From positions 277,291 through 341,290 of the forward strand of contig NMRA01000080.1 in NCBI GenBank assembly GCA_002633005.1: a DNA stretch of 64,000 nt, read 5' to 3'. The stretch comes from Phoronis australis (taxonomy: Eukaryota; Animalia; Phoronida). The notes below the pieces were generated by a model, which ran no database searches, was not told the DNA's origin, and saw only the letters and a list, made by a program, of their open reading frames with translations. Of this stretch, positions 37,532 through 50,296 are shown in pieces (within the stretch, counting starts at the first letter, position 1; every line of letters begins with the position of its first letter). The position numbers and the translations under genes were made by a program.

Positions 37532-40506
37532 CTAGTTCGTTTGGCTGATGGGTGACAACTCTGATGATAAAATGCTGTTTGCATAGAAGTCCTGTAGTGT
37601 AGTGGTAAACAATGGTAGTCCTTGGAGAACTTGTGAGGAGGAGTCAACAATCTGAAAAAAGGCAATTTTTGTGCATCTAAAGTTCGATCAAAGCTAGCAA
37701 GTATTGCCAATTGCACTTACAATTTACAGACCATTTCCATAGTGAGACTCGACTAATTGACAAGTTTTGATTATTTGTATTCCGTTCCACTCATAACAAC
37801 ATAGTAAAATGATGAGTATAGAATAATATTAAGTGAAGGCTCATAGACCGTTTCAAAACACAACAAGAAGTAGAGACAATTAGTATTGCAAATACTGTCT
37901 AAGCACATTCAGCTAAAGAAGCTTAGAATTACTAAAACAACAATTTGCCACTTATTTAATTTACACAAACATAATTGCCAAAATTTTAATTTTTCAAAGG
38001 TTGGTTACTTTGCTCACAATAAAAAACTTACCAACTGCAGTTTTATGACATCTACACACTGCAAACCATGCTAGTAATAGGCTAAAATTGTCTTAATCAG
38101 GGCTTGGAATGACCAATGACAAAAAACGCGGAAACTTTTGAAACTGTTACGGCCCAAATCATGCCCGATAACCAGCCTTGAAATGGTAAATGGTCAATGT
38201 GAACCTTTCCCCGACAAAAATCGGGAGGACTAAAAAAAAAAAAAAAAAANTACCACCATCAGTAGCATGCGTCTGCGTCCTTTTAGCTCGCCCGTCCACT
38301 CCCAACCCACACATTTTTGGCTGCAGACCGGTAGTATTTGTCGCCGCGCTTAACAATAACACGAGACGCCATTGAAAATACCACCACGCTGTCCCAGATG
38401 CCCCGGCAATGTTGACAATTTACATTCCTCCGAAACATAAAGAGCAACTTCCGCTTTTCGAGGTGAACGTTGTCTGCAACGCCGCGGTAAGAAAGGAATT
38501 TGCCGCGGAAATTTTATATCAAATACAATTGTTTTACGCGGAAATATTATAAAAAAAGCGGAAAGCACATTTGAAAAAAGCGGAAATCCGCGTTTCCGCG
38601 GAAAATTCCAAGCCCTGCTTAATCTCTATTTTTGCGGAAAAATTTGCCAAAATGGAATTTCACTTGTCGGCCATATTGCATGCTACATAAGTGAAGAGTT
38701 AACAGTCCAAGCATAGTCATAGAGAGACACACACTTATAAAGAGAAAGAACTTGCGACAGACTAAAAAAGTTTGCAGATCCCAGGATAATAATCGTAAAT
38801 CTCAGTGATCATATCTAAATTGTAAATAGATATAAAAGTAGAGTGTTATGTGTTATAATCCGTTTTCAAAAAAAAGTTTTCAAAAAATGTGTAGGAATTC
38901 CTGCACCACTATAAGCGAGTATAGTTTTACAGGGGAGAGCCAAAAATACCAGGAAGCTTACTCTAAGCAAACTAAGGGGCTTAGGACAGGTTCATCAAGT
39001 CCTCCCATATTTTCCATAAATTAGATTTATACGTATTTGGGTTTTACTCTGTGACACTTACGGATGTTCAAATTAAATGAATGTTTAGATTTTCTGAGAT
39101 AAGTCTAACCTATTAGGTCCTCTAACATTTTAAGGTGAACATCTTAGAATTTTCGGATCAAGTAGTAAGACTTATGATGAGAAAGTGATCAAGCCTAGTA
39201 TTTCTACTGTCTCCCTTATAAAACTGTACTCGCTAATTGTAATTTTGTTTCACCAGGAACTCCAGCCCATGTTTCGAAAATGGCTGGAACCCCATTTTAT
39301 ATCTATTATTGTAAACTATTAACACAAACCTTTACAGCTACATAGTCTCCAGAATGTAGAACAATCTCTCCAGCGTCCGATCCCCCAGACAGTTGAATTT
39401 TCTTTGGGACAATGACCTTGGTGTTAGCATCATTTCTGCCAGCCATGTAATCAGGCGATCTCTTGCTTTTCTGTGAAAAGGTAGTAAGACGTGTGTTATT
39501 TTCAACTTGAATAGTTGTCCAAACCTCCATTTAATACTGCTATGAACCCACATTCCATTGATTAATTTTGATTTAGACCACTTACTGCACCCTAAGCAGC
39601 GCTTGGAATGACCAATCAAAAACAAGTAAAAAATTTTCCAAGTGATGCATCGCTTCACAAATAAACAGATTTGTGTGATAGGAAAATTCAACTGAAAGAA
39701 TCGTTTTTGCTTGAATAAAGTAACTATAATGATAAAAAGACGAGAAAAAAGAGGAAATTGGAAATCAAATAAGAGCTATTTTTGACAGAAGGCGGGTTTG
39801 ATATCTGCTGAACTGCAAAATCTCACCAGCTTTGGACAAAAGCAGTTGCCTAAATCGTTTTCAAGGTCTCCTGTCATGGTTATGATATTTCAAAATATTG
39901 TCCAGAGGTAGATATGGTACAGAATTTGAACACGGAAAAACATTAATTAGGTGCTGCATATCCTTATGGAAAAAACAAGAAAATAAAATTGCACCTGTCC
40001 ACTAAATTGTGTTTTAAATTGTAAAGACTTTCCCATAACAAAGACAGTTTTAAGGGGTGCTGCTTGCATACGTTTGCGAGTCCAAAGTATGAAATCTACC
40101 TATCAAGACAATACGAATAAATGAGACTATTGCATAATTACATAACCCAAAGATTAATCGCTTAGATTTTTGGAAACTATTTAATTACGCGGTGTTGTTA
40201 CAATGCCAGCATTACAAATAAAGGTCCTCACCCCTTCTAGAAGTAACAATTGAATTTGTCCAATCTGTGATCGATTGATTTTATCGGCTTCCTCTCTGAA
40301 CGCTAGAGTTAACTCCTCATGTCGTCGTCTCTTCACATCTGCAGGAACATTGTCTTCTAACCTGTGATACGCACGAGTTTTCTGTAACAAATGAACGAAC
40401 AACATTACAAACATTCATTTCACAGGATTGTAAGACAAACTGCAAGTGTGTTAGCATTTAATTACCAATTGCTATGTTTAATAGGTTTACAAACAAATAT
40501 TACATC

Positions 40507-40564
<58 letters not shown>

Positions 40565-43500
40565 CGCAGAGCGCTGAAATGTGCCCACGAATGCACTGCA
40601 AACGAGGTGCTTCTAGGGTTGTTTATTTGTATCATAAAATGGCCACTAGATGGTGCAAAAACGTCCAATCCACCCGAAAACAGGAACACGCATTGCTTCT
40701 TTAACAGAAAGCTATTTACTAAATTTCATAAAAATCTATCAAAGATCTTCACAGAAAAGAAAACGGAAAAAAAATGAAATTGCCACTAGGGAACACAGCG
40801 TTCGATGCATCCACCTAAAAGTCGTCGTCGTCTGTTGTTAGCATCATATAAATACACTTATTAAATTTATTAAAGATCCTGCAGTGGGTTTAGGAGATAC
40901 AGCTATGGGTGCAAAACAAAACAAAACTACCACTAGGAGGCGCCATAATAGTCAAAGTCGTCATCGTCAACAGTCCTTTTCACACTGAGAACATATACGC
41001 CAATTTTCAAAAGCATCCTTAGAATTGTTTGGTGGATTCAAAAACAGCAAAAATGGCCACTAGGTGGCACAAAATACCTTGATTCCATCCAAAACAGGAG
41101 GATAGCATCATCTCACTAAGAGATGCCTATATTCTAAAGCTTATGAAAATCTATTAAAGGACCTTTGAAGATACAGAGGTAAAATTAATGTAAAAAAATT
41201 AAATTGCCACTAGGGGGCACACCAGTACTCTGATTCATCTGATAGTCGTTGTCGGCCGTTGTCAACATCATATAAATACACTTGCTAAATTTAATGATCC
41301 TGCAAATGGTTTAGGAGTAACAGCTGTGGGTGCAAAAGAACAAAACTGCTGCTAGGAGGCGCCACAGCAGTCGAAGTCATCGGAAAATCATCAAGAGCTG
41401 TCCTCTTCAAAGTAATAACATACATGACAATTTTCACCATCATCCTTAGAGCGGATTGGTTGATAGAAGGTTGGACGCCAAAAAACAGGCTTGAAAACAG
41501 TAAAAATGGCCACTAGGTGGCACAAACTACGTCGAATCCATCCGAAAACGGGAAGATAGCGCCTAACTACTAACACTCAAAGTGTTTAATTACATGGAGA
41601 AGCTGTTCAGTATCCAGACCCTGAATGGCATTCGGAAGAATTGTCAGCATAAAGAAAGAAAATATCTGCCGAGAACAAAAGGCTACTATTTTGCTTTGTA
41701 CTCAACCCCCTTTACGAGAGATTAAATTGACACCCAACCATCATTGCTTTTGGTCATGTACAGTTGTACCACATGAAACAGTTTTTAAATATTTTACAGA
41801 GACAACAGTCTAGTTTCAGTATTTCTTGTTTACTTGAATTATTAAGGACATGAAATTAATGATGTCCACATTTAACATTCTCACTCTAATTACAGGCATC
41901 GCGATACGTCAACACTTGACAAGGAAATATTTGTAAAATAAGTGCGCCCCCTTTGACCGACATCTTGTTTAATAATACAGTAGGAGACTGCCTACTGGAT
42001 ATCTCACCTGCCTCATACTGTAAGGAAAACAGAAGGCAAAGTTGTACTTGACGAGGTGCATAAGGGAGACAGTGTCCTGGTGCATCTGGTCTGTCTCACC
42101 ACAGAAACCAGCAATAAAATCACTAGACAATGCGACACCTGGAAAGGCAACACAGTTTTAATTACAACTACACTCTATAGGAACAACATCATCACAATGA
42201 CCCCATGTAATCATTGTTGTTGTCAAATATATATTCAAGGTTGGAAATATTGAAGCTTGCCCAATACTGTACAAATTTGAGTGCACAAAATTCCGATTGC
42301 CAGGCCCAAAAATTCGCATCAAGCCATTAAAAAATTCTACTCAAGGTTCGAAACACTTGTAACTCATGTAGCCACAGGCAAAAATTTGAAACAGCACAAA
42401 ACCAATTTCGTTGTGGCTAGTTGAGGCAAAGCCGGTGAGGGGTGACGACAGGAAAGGCACAGGCACCTTTCCCCTCTTAAATGAATGAAGGTCCTGGTAT
42501 GATAATAATAAAAGTAGTCTGCCCATACAACTGCAATAAGGCCAAACCTACCTGGAATAATACTTCTGATGTGGTCTACAAGGCCTAAATAGGTTTCTCT
42601 GGTGTAGCCTCGCCTCATGGCTGCCAACATTTCAGTGCTACCTGACTGTGCTGGTAGATGGAGCTGGCTGCAGATGTTGGCACGCTCTTTTATAAGATGC
42701 AAAACCTAAAAATAACAGAGTCAAGACAAGAAACCTGTAAATATGGTGTGCAGAAGAAAGATTAAGATGCAAACCTGTCAACAAACAGATGTTAAGTAGC
42801 TATTATCTTGAAATCGTAAATATGCAAATTAAGCATTGTTTACAAATTATGCTAGACCTTGCAGTGTTCTGAGCTCAGCAGAAACAGTTACGAAAATAAG
42901 AAAACAGAAGAAACCAAAAAGCATATCAGTTTCAGCACAGTCTACAATGTATTGTCAACTTAATGTCATCTACTATGATGTTGGCAATTTTGATTTAACC
43001 AAACATTTTTTCAAATACACACCTCATCTGGGAAATCTTTTGGATGCGGAGATGTGAATCGAATCCTCATTTCTGGGTCGACAGTTGACACTTTATCAAG
43101 TAGGTCACTAAACCTCCGACCACCTTTCTTTGGTTTGTAAACAGTGCTAAACCCTCGGCTCATCTCCGAATATTCACCTTGATAGTACTTTTCTTCTGAG
43201 ATGTCTCGGTAGCTATTCACATTCTGTCCAAGCAATGTAATTTCTTTTATTCCCTGGAAAGACAAGTCAAGAGTACAATAGCTATTGGATACTGTACTGT
43301 TCACTTACTAGACAGTGAAGTAATGACATTTGATTGGCCCTCATTGTGCTGCAATGTGAAACAAACCAAAAATTATCGGCAACCCTGGAAATTTAACACA
43401 AGTCAAGAGATCATCAACACTGAGTTTTATCTACACTAAGAGCCAAAAGTGTTCAGACAAAACTACCTGAAACTCCCTGTCATATGGCTGGGTGGAAGTT

Positions 43501-46500
43501 GAGTTTGTCATAGCAGTCATCTCTCATGACGAAGAACTTACAGGAAAGTTAGTAATGTGGTTAAATCCATAATCAAAAAATTGCCACCATAATTAAATAT
43601 TACATGACTTTTTGCAGTTTACATAATTGAAAACGGTATTACTTTTGTCATGTACTGTGATAGCTCCATCTAGTGTTCAGGCACCAAATGAGTCTATTTC
43701 ACATTCTGCTAACAGTGGCGCTACTTTCGTTACATAAAATGACAGGCAACAAATTGCAGCAAAGATCAGTTGTTCCCAAACACAGAAATCACTCCTCCTC
43801 AAAGTAAAGAGCTGTATGCCTTCTTAATAAGGTACAGAAGACCAATTTTTAAAGCTATGGTAAAAGGTCAATAAGTATTTAAGATCAAAACTTACCTAAG
43901 ATTATCAAAGTTAGACATTACTCGTACCACAAACGTTGAACAAAGCCCAAAACTTACCTGATCAGAGAGCATCTTGACTTCATCAAGTATTGATGTCATC
44001 GGCCTACTGCGCTCACGCCCTCTAGTGAAGGGCACTATACAATATGTGCACATATTATCACAGCCTCTCATTATTGAGCTAAAAACAAAAACCTTGAGTT
44101 CAATGATGTTGCGCAAAAATCCTAACATAACAGACGCAATAGCACAGAAACAAAAATGAGACTTTAAATTCGCAGCGAAAAAAAATTCTGAAAAAATGGA
44201 CAATTGCTGCACAAATAAAAAGTTCGTGTTCATTCAACATTTCGTCTATTCGTAAGACATCATCAGGATAATATATACAATAAGACAGTAATTGTCTGTT
44301 TTTCAATCTTACTATGGCCAAAAAAATGATGTAATTAACAAAAAAATTCTGTAGTCTGTACCATAATTGTTGCCTTTCAATGCTCATTACTCAGGTTAAG
44401 TATATGGCAGTCTCAGAACCTCCAATTTCATGGATATACAGAAAAGGGCACATTAAAAAATTCTCAGCAAAGTACTGAAAATGTGTACACTTATCCACTT
44501 ATCTACTTTTTAAAGTTATTACAATTACAAATCACTGCTCATGCTACGTTCAAGTTTGGCATACACCGAACTCTTACTTTGTAGTCATGAGACAAGCTCG
44601 GCAGTTTAGCAGTACATCTTTTTTCTACATTGAAAACAATGTCAACCGTCAAGATCATTTCCTTAAAAAAACCTGAGCCTTTCCTTGAACTAGACTTACT
44701 ATATCAACAAGCATCTAAAATTCACTCAATTTTGGAAGTAAATACAAAATAATTTGCACAAGAGCAATGCTTAGCGCTGTGTGCATTGTGAAAGGTAAAA
44801 ACTGTCCATTTCCATTATTTTCATAGCAGCGGGTCAAAGTTCATCAAGATCCATCAAAGAATTGGGTAGATATTAAGGCAGACGTAATCAATGTCAATTA
44901 GCCAAAAGGGGGTGCCACAGTAGGCAAGTCCAACCAAAAGATAACATCAACAGAATTGCTTCAATAGGAACGGATGTTCCAAATTTTATCAAGATCCAAG
45001 CACAAACTTGGTAGATGTTGAGGCAAACACAAGAAAAACTCCTATTACAACAGGGGGCACAACAGTAGTCAAATCTGTCTAAACATCAACACCAGCCATA
45101 GTCACCACCTATGCAAACCTTCCAGAACATCTATGAAGGAATAAAAAAACGAAATTGCCACTACAGTGTGCCAAAATAATTGAAGCTGTCCGAAGGTAAA
45201 CGGCAGACATGCTCTCAATAGGATCATACATGCCAAATTTCATAAACGTCCATCAAGAATTGGCACCAAAGGGAACCAAAGTAGACCATGCTCTTCTCAA
45301 CAGGAACTTATCTGTCAACTTTCATGATGATTCTTCAAAAGGTTGGAAGACAGGGAGGCAAACGTCAAAACAGGCACAAATCGAACAATAGCCACTAGAG
45401 GGCGCAGATTAGGGCACATTCACTTGAAAGTGGGCAGGTGTCATCAGCTCCTTCAAGCAATGTTATTTGCCCAAGTTGACAAAGTTCTATCAAGGAACTT
45501 TGACAAAGAAAACGTAAATTGCCACTAGAGTCAGCCGTGTTCACCTGAACTGGACCACGTAAGCCAATATTTACAAAATCGCATAAAGAATATGTAGATG
45601 TTGGCGCAGATGCAAACAACAAAATTGCCACTAAGCGATGCCACTCATTGGACTTGTCCAAAAATCAACAAAAGCCATGTTCTCTTCAATAGGCATACAT
45701 CTGCCAAATTTCATTCTGATCCTTGGAGCAGTTAGGCAGCTAGAGAAAAGAATGCCAAAAATCGACTCAAAAGTATTAAAAATGGTCACTAGAGGGCACA
45801 GAATATGCCGAATCCTTCCATAAGGCATTGTTGTCTCACAAGACACCATTTCATAACACAATTTCAGAGCTTGGTAAATACAGAGGCAAAAGTAATAATT
45901 AAAACTTCTACTAGGGGGTAAGGAAAGTTATTGACTCCATCTGAAAGTCAAGGTCATCCGCTGTCACCTTCAGAGACCACATCTCTCAGTTTATGAATAT
46001 CCTACAAGGAGTTTAAGCAATACAAAAGTGGACGCAAGATGCCTAGAAAGGTAAGATGCAGCAGGGAAGTCAACCATTCAGCCCAGAGAATGCTCGACCC
46101 AATTTTGTGCTGCTGAAGACTTTTAATGTGACAGAATTTATTCCCTCCACCAGACACTTTGAACAAAATGTGACCACACTAAAAGGCATGAAGTTTTTCC
46201 AGAAAATGCACTACTAACAATTGATAGCAGAAATTCACCTACACAAATGCTGATTGAGAATCTGTGTTGAGTCTTACTGGTGTGACATCGCCGTAAGTTT
46301 CATCCAGTGACAGTAGAACATTCACTGCAATAGAAAAGAAGTATTTTGATGTAAATAATACCAATACCAATAAAAAAAGAAAATAAAATAAGGCAAAAAG
46401 GAAGAAGCATACCTGTATAACAAGTGAATTTGTGAAAGGAATGGGGTTTGACTAAATCAAAATGACTAATATCCGACAAAGACATATCTTAATGACAAAA

Positions 46501-49500
46501 TGTTTAGTTTTAATTGAATGTTTTTTTCAATTTCTTGTTCATATATCTTAATGTCATGCTCAAGCAACATGTCCTTGCATACTTAGATGTACATGGAAAT
46601 GTTGGCATTAAAAGCAAGTAAAAACTGTTATTAATAGAAGACTCACACTCAGGTATGCGCAACAGGACACAGAGAGCATGTTTGATGACAGAGCCACCTA
46701 CCAGCAGTTTGTCCAGACTCTGTCAGTGCCAACATTCGTGGGAGATCCCTGTAGGCATCGGGCCCACACACTACGTCAACCATTCTTTCACGCTCCAAGA
46801 TTTGCGTCTTCAGCCTTTCTGCCATACAGCCTTGAAATAATTTACTTTACATACGAACAAGCTTAGTTTATTAGTAGACAGATATGTCAACAAAAGCATG
46901 TTGTGCCAAAAAAGTATTATTCACCAAATTTATACATATCATCAAAAATCAAAACAAAATCTTTGGGTACATGAAATACCCAGTGTTTAGTTAGAATTAA
47001 AGCAAAACCACGTTGTCCAATGCTAAAACGGCCATAAATCAGCCTTTGGCCATTAAAAAGCTAGACCACCTTTCCGTCATAAAACTAGAAAACAAGTTTG
47101 ATTTAGACCATTTTCCATTGTAAAGCTGGTATCAAGATACTCCTCACACAAATGAGGGATGATTTGCAGGCTATGGGAGGAACTGAAAGTTCGGCAGTGC
47201 TTAAGAGCAAGCTCAGCACTTATTAGTGAAATGACCCGCAGAGACAAGACAAATTATCCCGCCTGATATCAAACCATAACAAACTATTACTTCCTCCCAA
47301 GCCTTATCGCGTCTAGTCCAAGTGAGGAAAAAGACACTGTCAGATTTATAGCTGTGAGTGGTCTCAATCAAAAGCTGGTATCTAAAGAACAGTAAATTTA
47401 TAGCTACTTTAAGCAACTGAAACTTACAACAAAGAATGCTAAATATAAAAAGCATTCATCAACTAACACTAGATTTGAATTAGTGTATCATTACAGGTTG
47501 ACATGTTTTACAGCAAAGAGCACACCTACCAAGTATTCCAATTTTGACTGGTAACCCGCCAGAAGATTTCCGCTGTCGTTTTCTTTTTAAATATTTCAAG
47601 TATTCCAGTCGCTTCCAAATTTTTGTCTCTGCTCTTTCACGAATAGCACAAGTCATTAGAAGAATGACGTCAGCCTGAACAAGAATAAGTATAATTGTGA
47701 TAATGAGCATGAAATCCTGAAATTATCAAGGACTAAAATTACTCCTTTTAAAGTGTCAACGTACATGATGTACTAATTCTAAGAGTTTTCATTATACGGT
47801 AATCTTATTTCACATAACTGCCGTTTTTTTCTATTTTCAAAGGTTTCAAATAACAAAAAATTTACCGAATGTTGTTTGATCCCCACAGTACAAAGTTCAG
47901 ACTAAAACTTTCTTGATCTTTATTTCTATTGAGAAATTCCACACAATTAAGTTCCACTTGGTTGCCATATCGTGTGCTGAATAAGGTGAAAAATACAGTA
48001 AGTTAAAATGATCAAGTCTTTCAGAAAGAAATATTTCATTTAGCATGTACTTTAATTATCAAAATTGACTTCTGCTATCAGATTTCTACAACAAAATTCC
48101 AAACAACCAGGGACATAACTTTACCACTTACCTGGAGAATTTCTGAAGTTTTCTGGAAACCATTTTGCTGCAAAATTGACCAAGCAACCTCTGTATCGCT
48201 CACGTTCATCTGACACCCGTACGTTTCAAAATACACTGAAATATCACATCTTACATTTGTAATTTTTAATTCAAACAAAAAGACAAAATATGCTTTTCAT
48301 CAATAATAAATGCATACTTTTTATTATAAACTGAACAAACACTTTGATCATAGTTACTAAGATTCATCCATCCAGATTACACATAGGACCAAACTTCTTT
48401 AGACATAGACAACAAAATCATTACTTTGTTAAGCTTTCGACGTCAATGGTTCGACAATCATTTTCAAACTATAACATCATGATGGGAGTGGGAAAGTAAT
48501 GAACATTTCAATGGAGGGTGTCCCAAAGCATCGTGCACAAATCAGCAGTTACGAACCATGTGCCTTACAAAACAATTACTTATTGACTGGAAGAATGTTT
48601 CTATCATGGACAATGACAAGAGTAGGTTTACAAGGTGGATCAGAGAATCTAATTGGGTGAGTACTAGAAAAACATGAATGAACAGAGACATGGGCACAGC
48701 ATACAATGCCATTCTATGGAATGATCGAGCTCCTAGCTCCACCCACTCCAATCGTGACAATACATGTGCGGGTATTCAAAACACATCAGTTTGAAAATGA
48801 CTGCATGCTGAGTCATGGCAGTTAAAAACGATAACAAGGTAATGATTTTGTCATCAATGCCTAAAGAATTTTGATCCTCACTTGGATCATAGTTTTGGCT
48901 TATTAATAGAAACAAAGTTCTCAAAAGCTTGTATGTTATGCTAAACACACTGGACTCACGTGGTTTACAAGTAACTGTCAAACAATTAGTTGGGCCATAA
49001 AACTTCTTTAAAGATACTTTACTGCAGAATTTCTATCGCAATTCAAATCTAAAACCAACATGTCTGGCAGCATTTGCAAAGTCACTAAATCTAGCAATAT
49101 GTTGCCAATGAAGACTTGGCGAATTTATTGTTGCCGCTTTTTATTACATACCAGTTGATATGGCACACTTAAAGCTGTAATAAACAACCTAACTTCTGTC
49201 AAAAAGATCTAAATTTTGACTTAAGTCATTTAGTAGGTGTCTCCACTTATTCTTTGCTCACATTAGAGGTGATTTGTTTCGTGTTTGGTCATTTTAAATT
49301 AAATGTTCCCGGTGAGGTCAGTTGTTTTCAAGCCTCGAATTCACTTCTCATGTGAATTGAGAAAAAGCTGAGAAACAAGCCCAGAACACGTTTATAACCA
49401 CAAGCTGTCAAAATCAAAAGTTATTTTCTATGCTGGGATGCAGGTTTCTAGCAGCAATTCAATTTAAAGATTCATGCCGAGCCAAACACTAGGCCCTCAA

Positions 49501-50045
49501 TTTTGGGGCCAAAAATCAGCATCCATGCCCATGGTCATCCCCTTATGAGAAATATAACCTTTCTGTGAAACATTCTGTTGCTCTCTCGTCTTTTCAAGAT
49601 AAGGAACTGATTCCAGCTGATCCCATGATGACGGAGCACTGTTTCCACTGCCACTGGGATTGCCAACACTTTGTGCAATGAAATATTCCAAGGACGGTCC
49701 TTTATGGAGTTTCCACTTTCCCCTCTTATTTGTATTCGTGACAGGCTTAAGACCGTCGTTCTCATCGTGACTGGTTTCTGAACCTGGTGTAGCACTAACA
49801 TTTGCCGAGATGCTGGAAATGTTTCGTTTGGCTACCGTGAAGGCAGGATCGGGGACACCCAATAGTGATGTTTCTTTAGCACGGAGAAAATAAGAGTATT
49901 GCGGGGGTATTGTGGAGAATCTACAATGTCGTACTGAAGATTCATAACGTGAATTTGAATCACGCAGCAAACAAGGTCTTGCAAAGTCGTTATGTCCTGA
50001 AAAGCTGATTAGTTTTCTCCAACGACTTCTTGTGGGAGCTGCCAT
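37532..50045 (-). CDS. CDK5RAP1: CDK5RAP1, mitochondrial tRNA-2-methylthio-N6-isopentenyladenosine synthase (MiaB-like radical SAM methylthiotransferase), 664 aa
   Basis: Exons 49559-50045, 48132-48235, 47530-47674, 46702-46830, 46243-46324, 43958-44078, 43023-43253, 42552-42705, 42008-42138, 40232-40381, 39330-39470 and 37532-37651 are all phase consistent. UPF0004 domain: [42 protein letters not shown]. Radical SAM CxxxCxxC in [25 protein letters not shown]. Also [43 protein letters not shown] and a C-terminal TRAM domain ([17 protein letters not shown]). Confidence 0.96.
38098..38617. mobile_element. Non-autonomous TIR element with 6-bp TSD CTTAAT (hAT-like termini), N at 38250
   Basis: Perfect 13-bp TIR CAGGGCTTGGAAT / ATTCCAAGCCCTG, CTTAAT on both sides, and subterminal CGCGGAAA repeats. 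Confidence 0.85.
40506..40561 (+). repeat. (TAA)n microsatellite, about 18 units
   Basis: Directly visible. Confidence 0.97.
40600..41570 (+). repeat. Degenerate ~140-bp tandem array (higher-order period about 420-450 bp), each unit carrying a GCCACTAG(A/G)(T/G)GGC core
   Basis: Cores at about 40643, 40783, 40930, 41057, 41207, 41349 and 41510. Confidence 0.8.
44758..46050. repeat. Second, more decayed array of the same GCCACTAG-core repeat, probably inside a Helentron-like element
   Basis: Cores at about 44900, 45050, 45158, 45392, 45522, 45628, 45787 and 45908. The left end ACAAGAG-CAATGC..GCATTG reads as palindrome plus CTCTTGT on the minus strand. Confidence 0.65.
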
Positions 50046-50296
50046 ATTCAAAACTAGTGACACCTTGTGGTAGTTTAATATTTATATCAAAGAAAATTAA
50101 TTTTGAAGCCTCACAAAACAGAAAGTGCTTCAATATACATTCACTTAAGTGCGTGGAGTGGTACATATACTCCTAAATTCCAGTTAGATATGACAATTAT
50201 TCATAAACTCTGTAAGAGCAAGATCTCGTTTCACCAATAATTGACAACCATATGTTCTCTTCCTTTTTCACAAAAAGCATGCTCATGATGAAATAG
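50046..50296. promoter_or_regulatory. Putative bidirectional promoter and 5' leaders shared by CDK5RAP1 and YRDC
   Basis: 251 bp lie between the divergent start codons, with a CCAAT at 50234-50238. TSS positions cannot be determined from sequence. Confidence 0.7.

Noticed and set aside
40462-40704. Poly-Tyr and poly-Ile ORFs
   Set aside because: Translation of the (TAA)n microsatellite.
40600-41570. Repeat-spacer-like periodicity suggestive of a CRISPR array
   Set aside because: Located in a eukaryotic intron; units are homologous along their length, cores are short and variable, and there are no cas genes.
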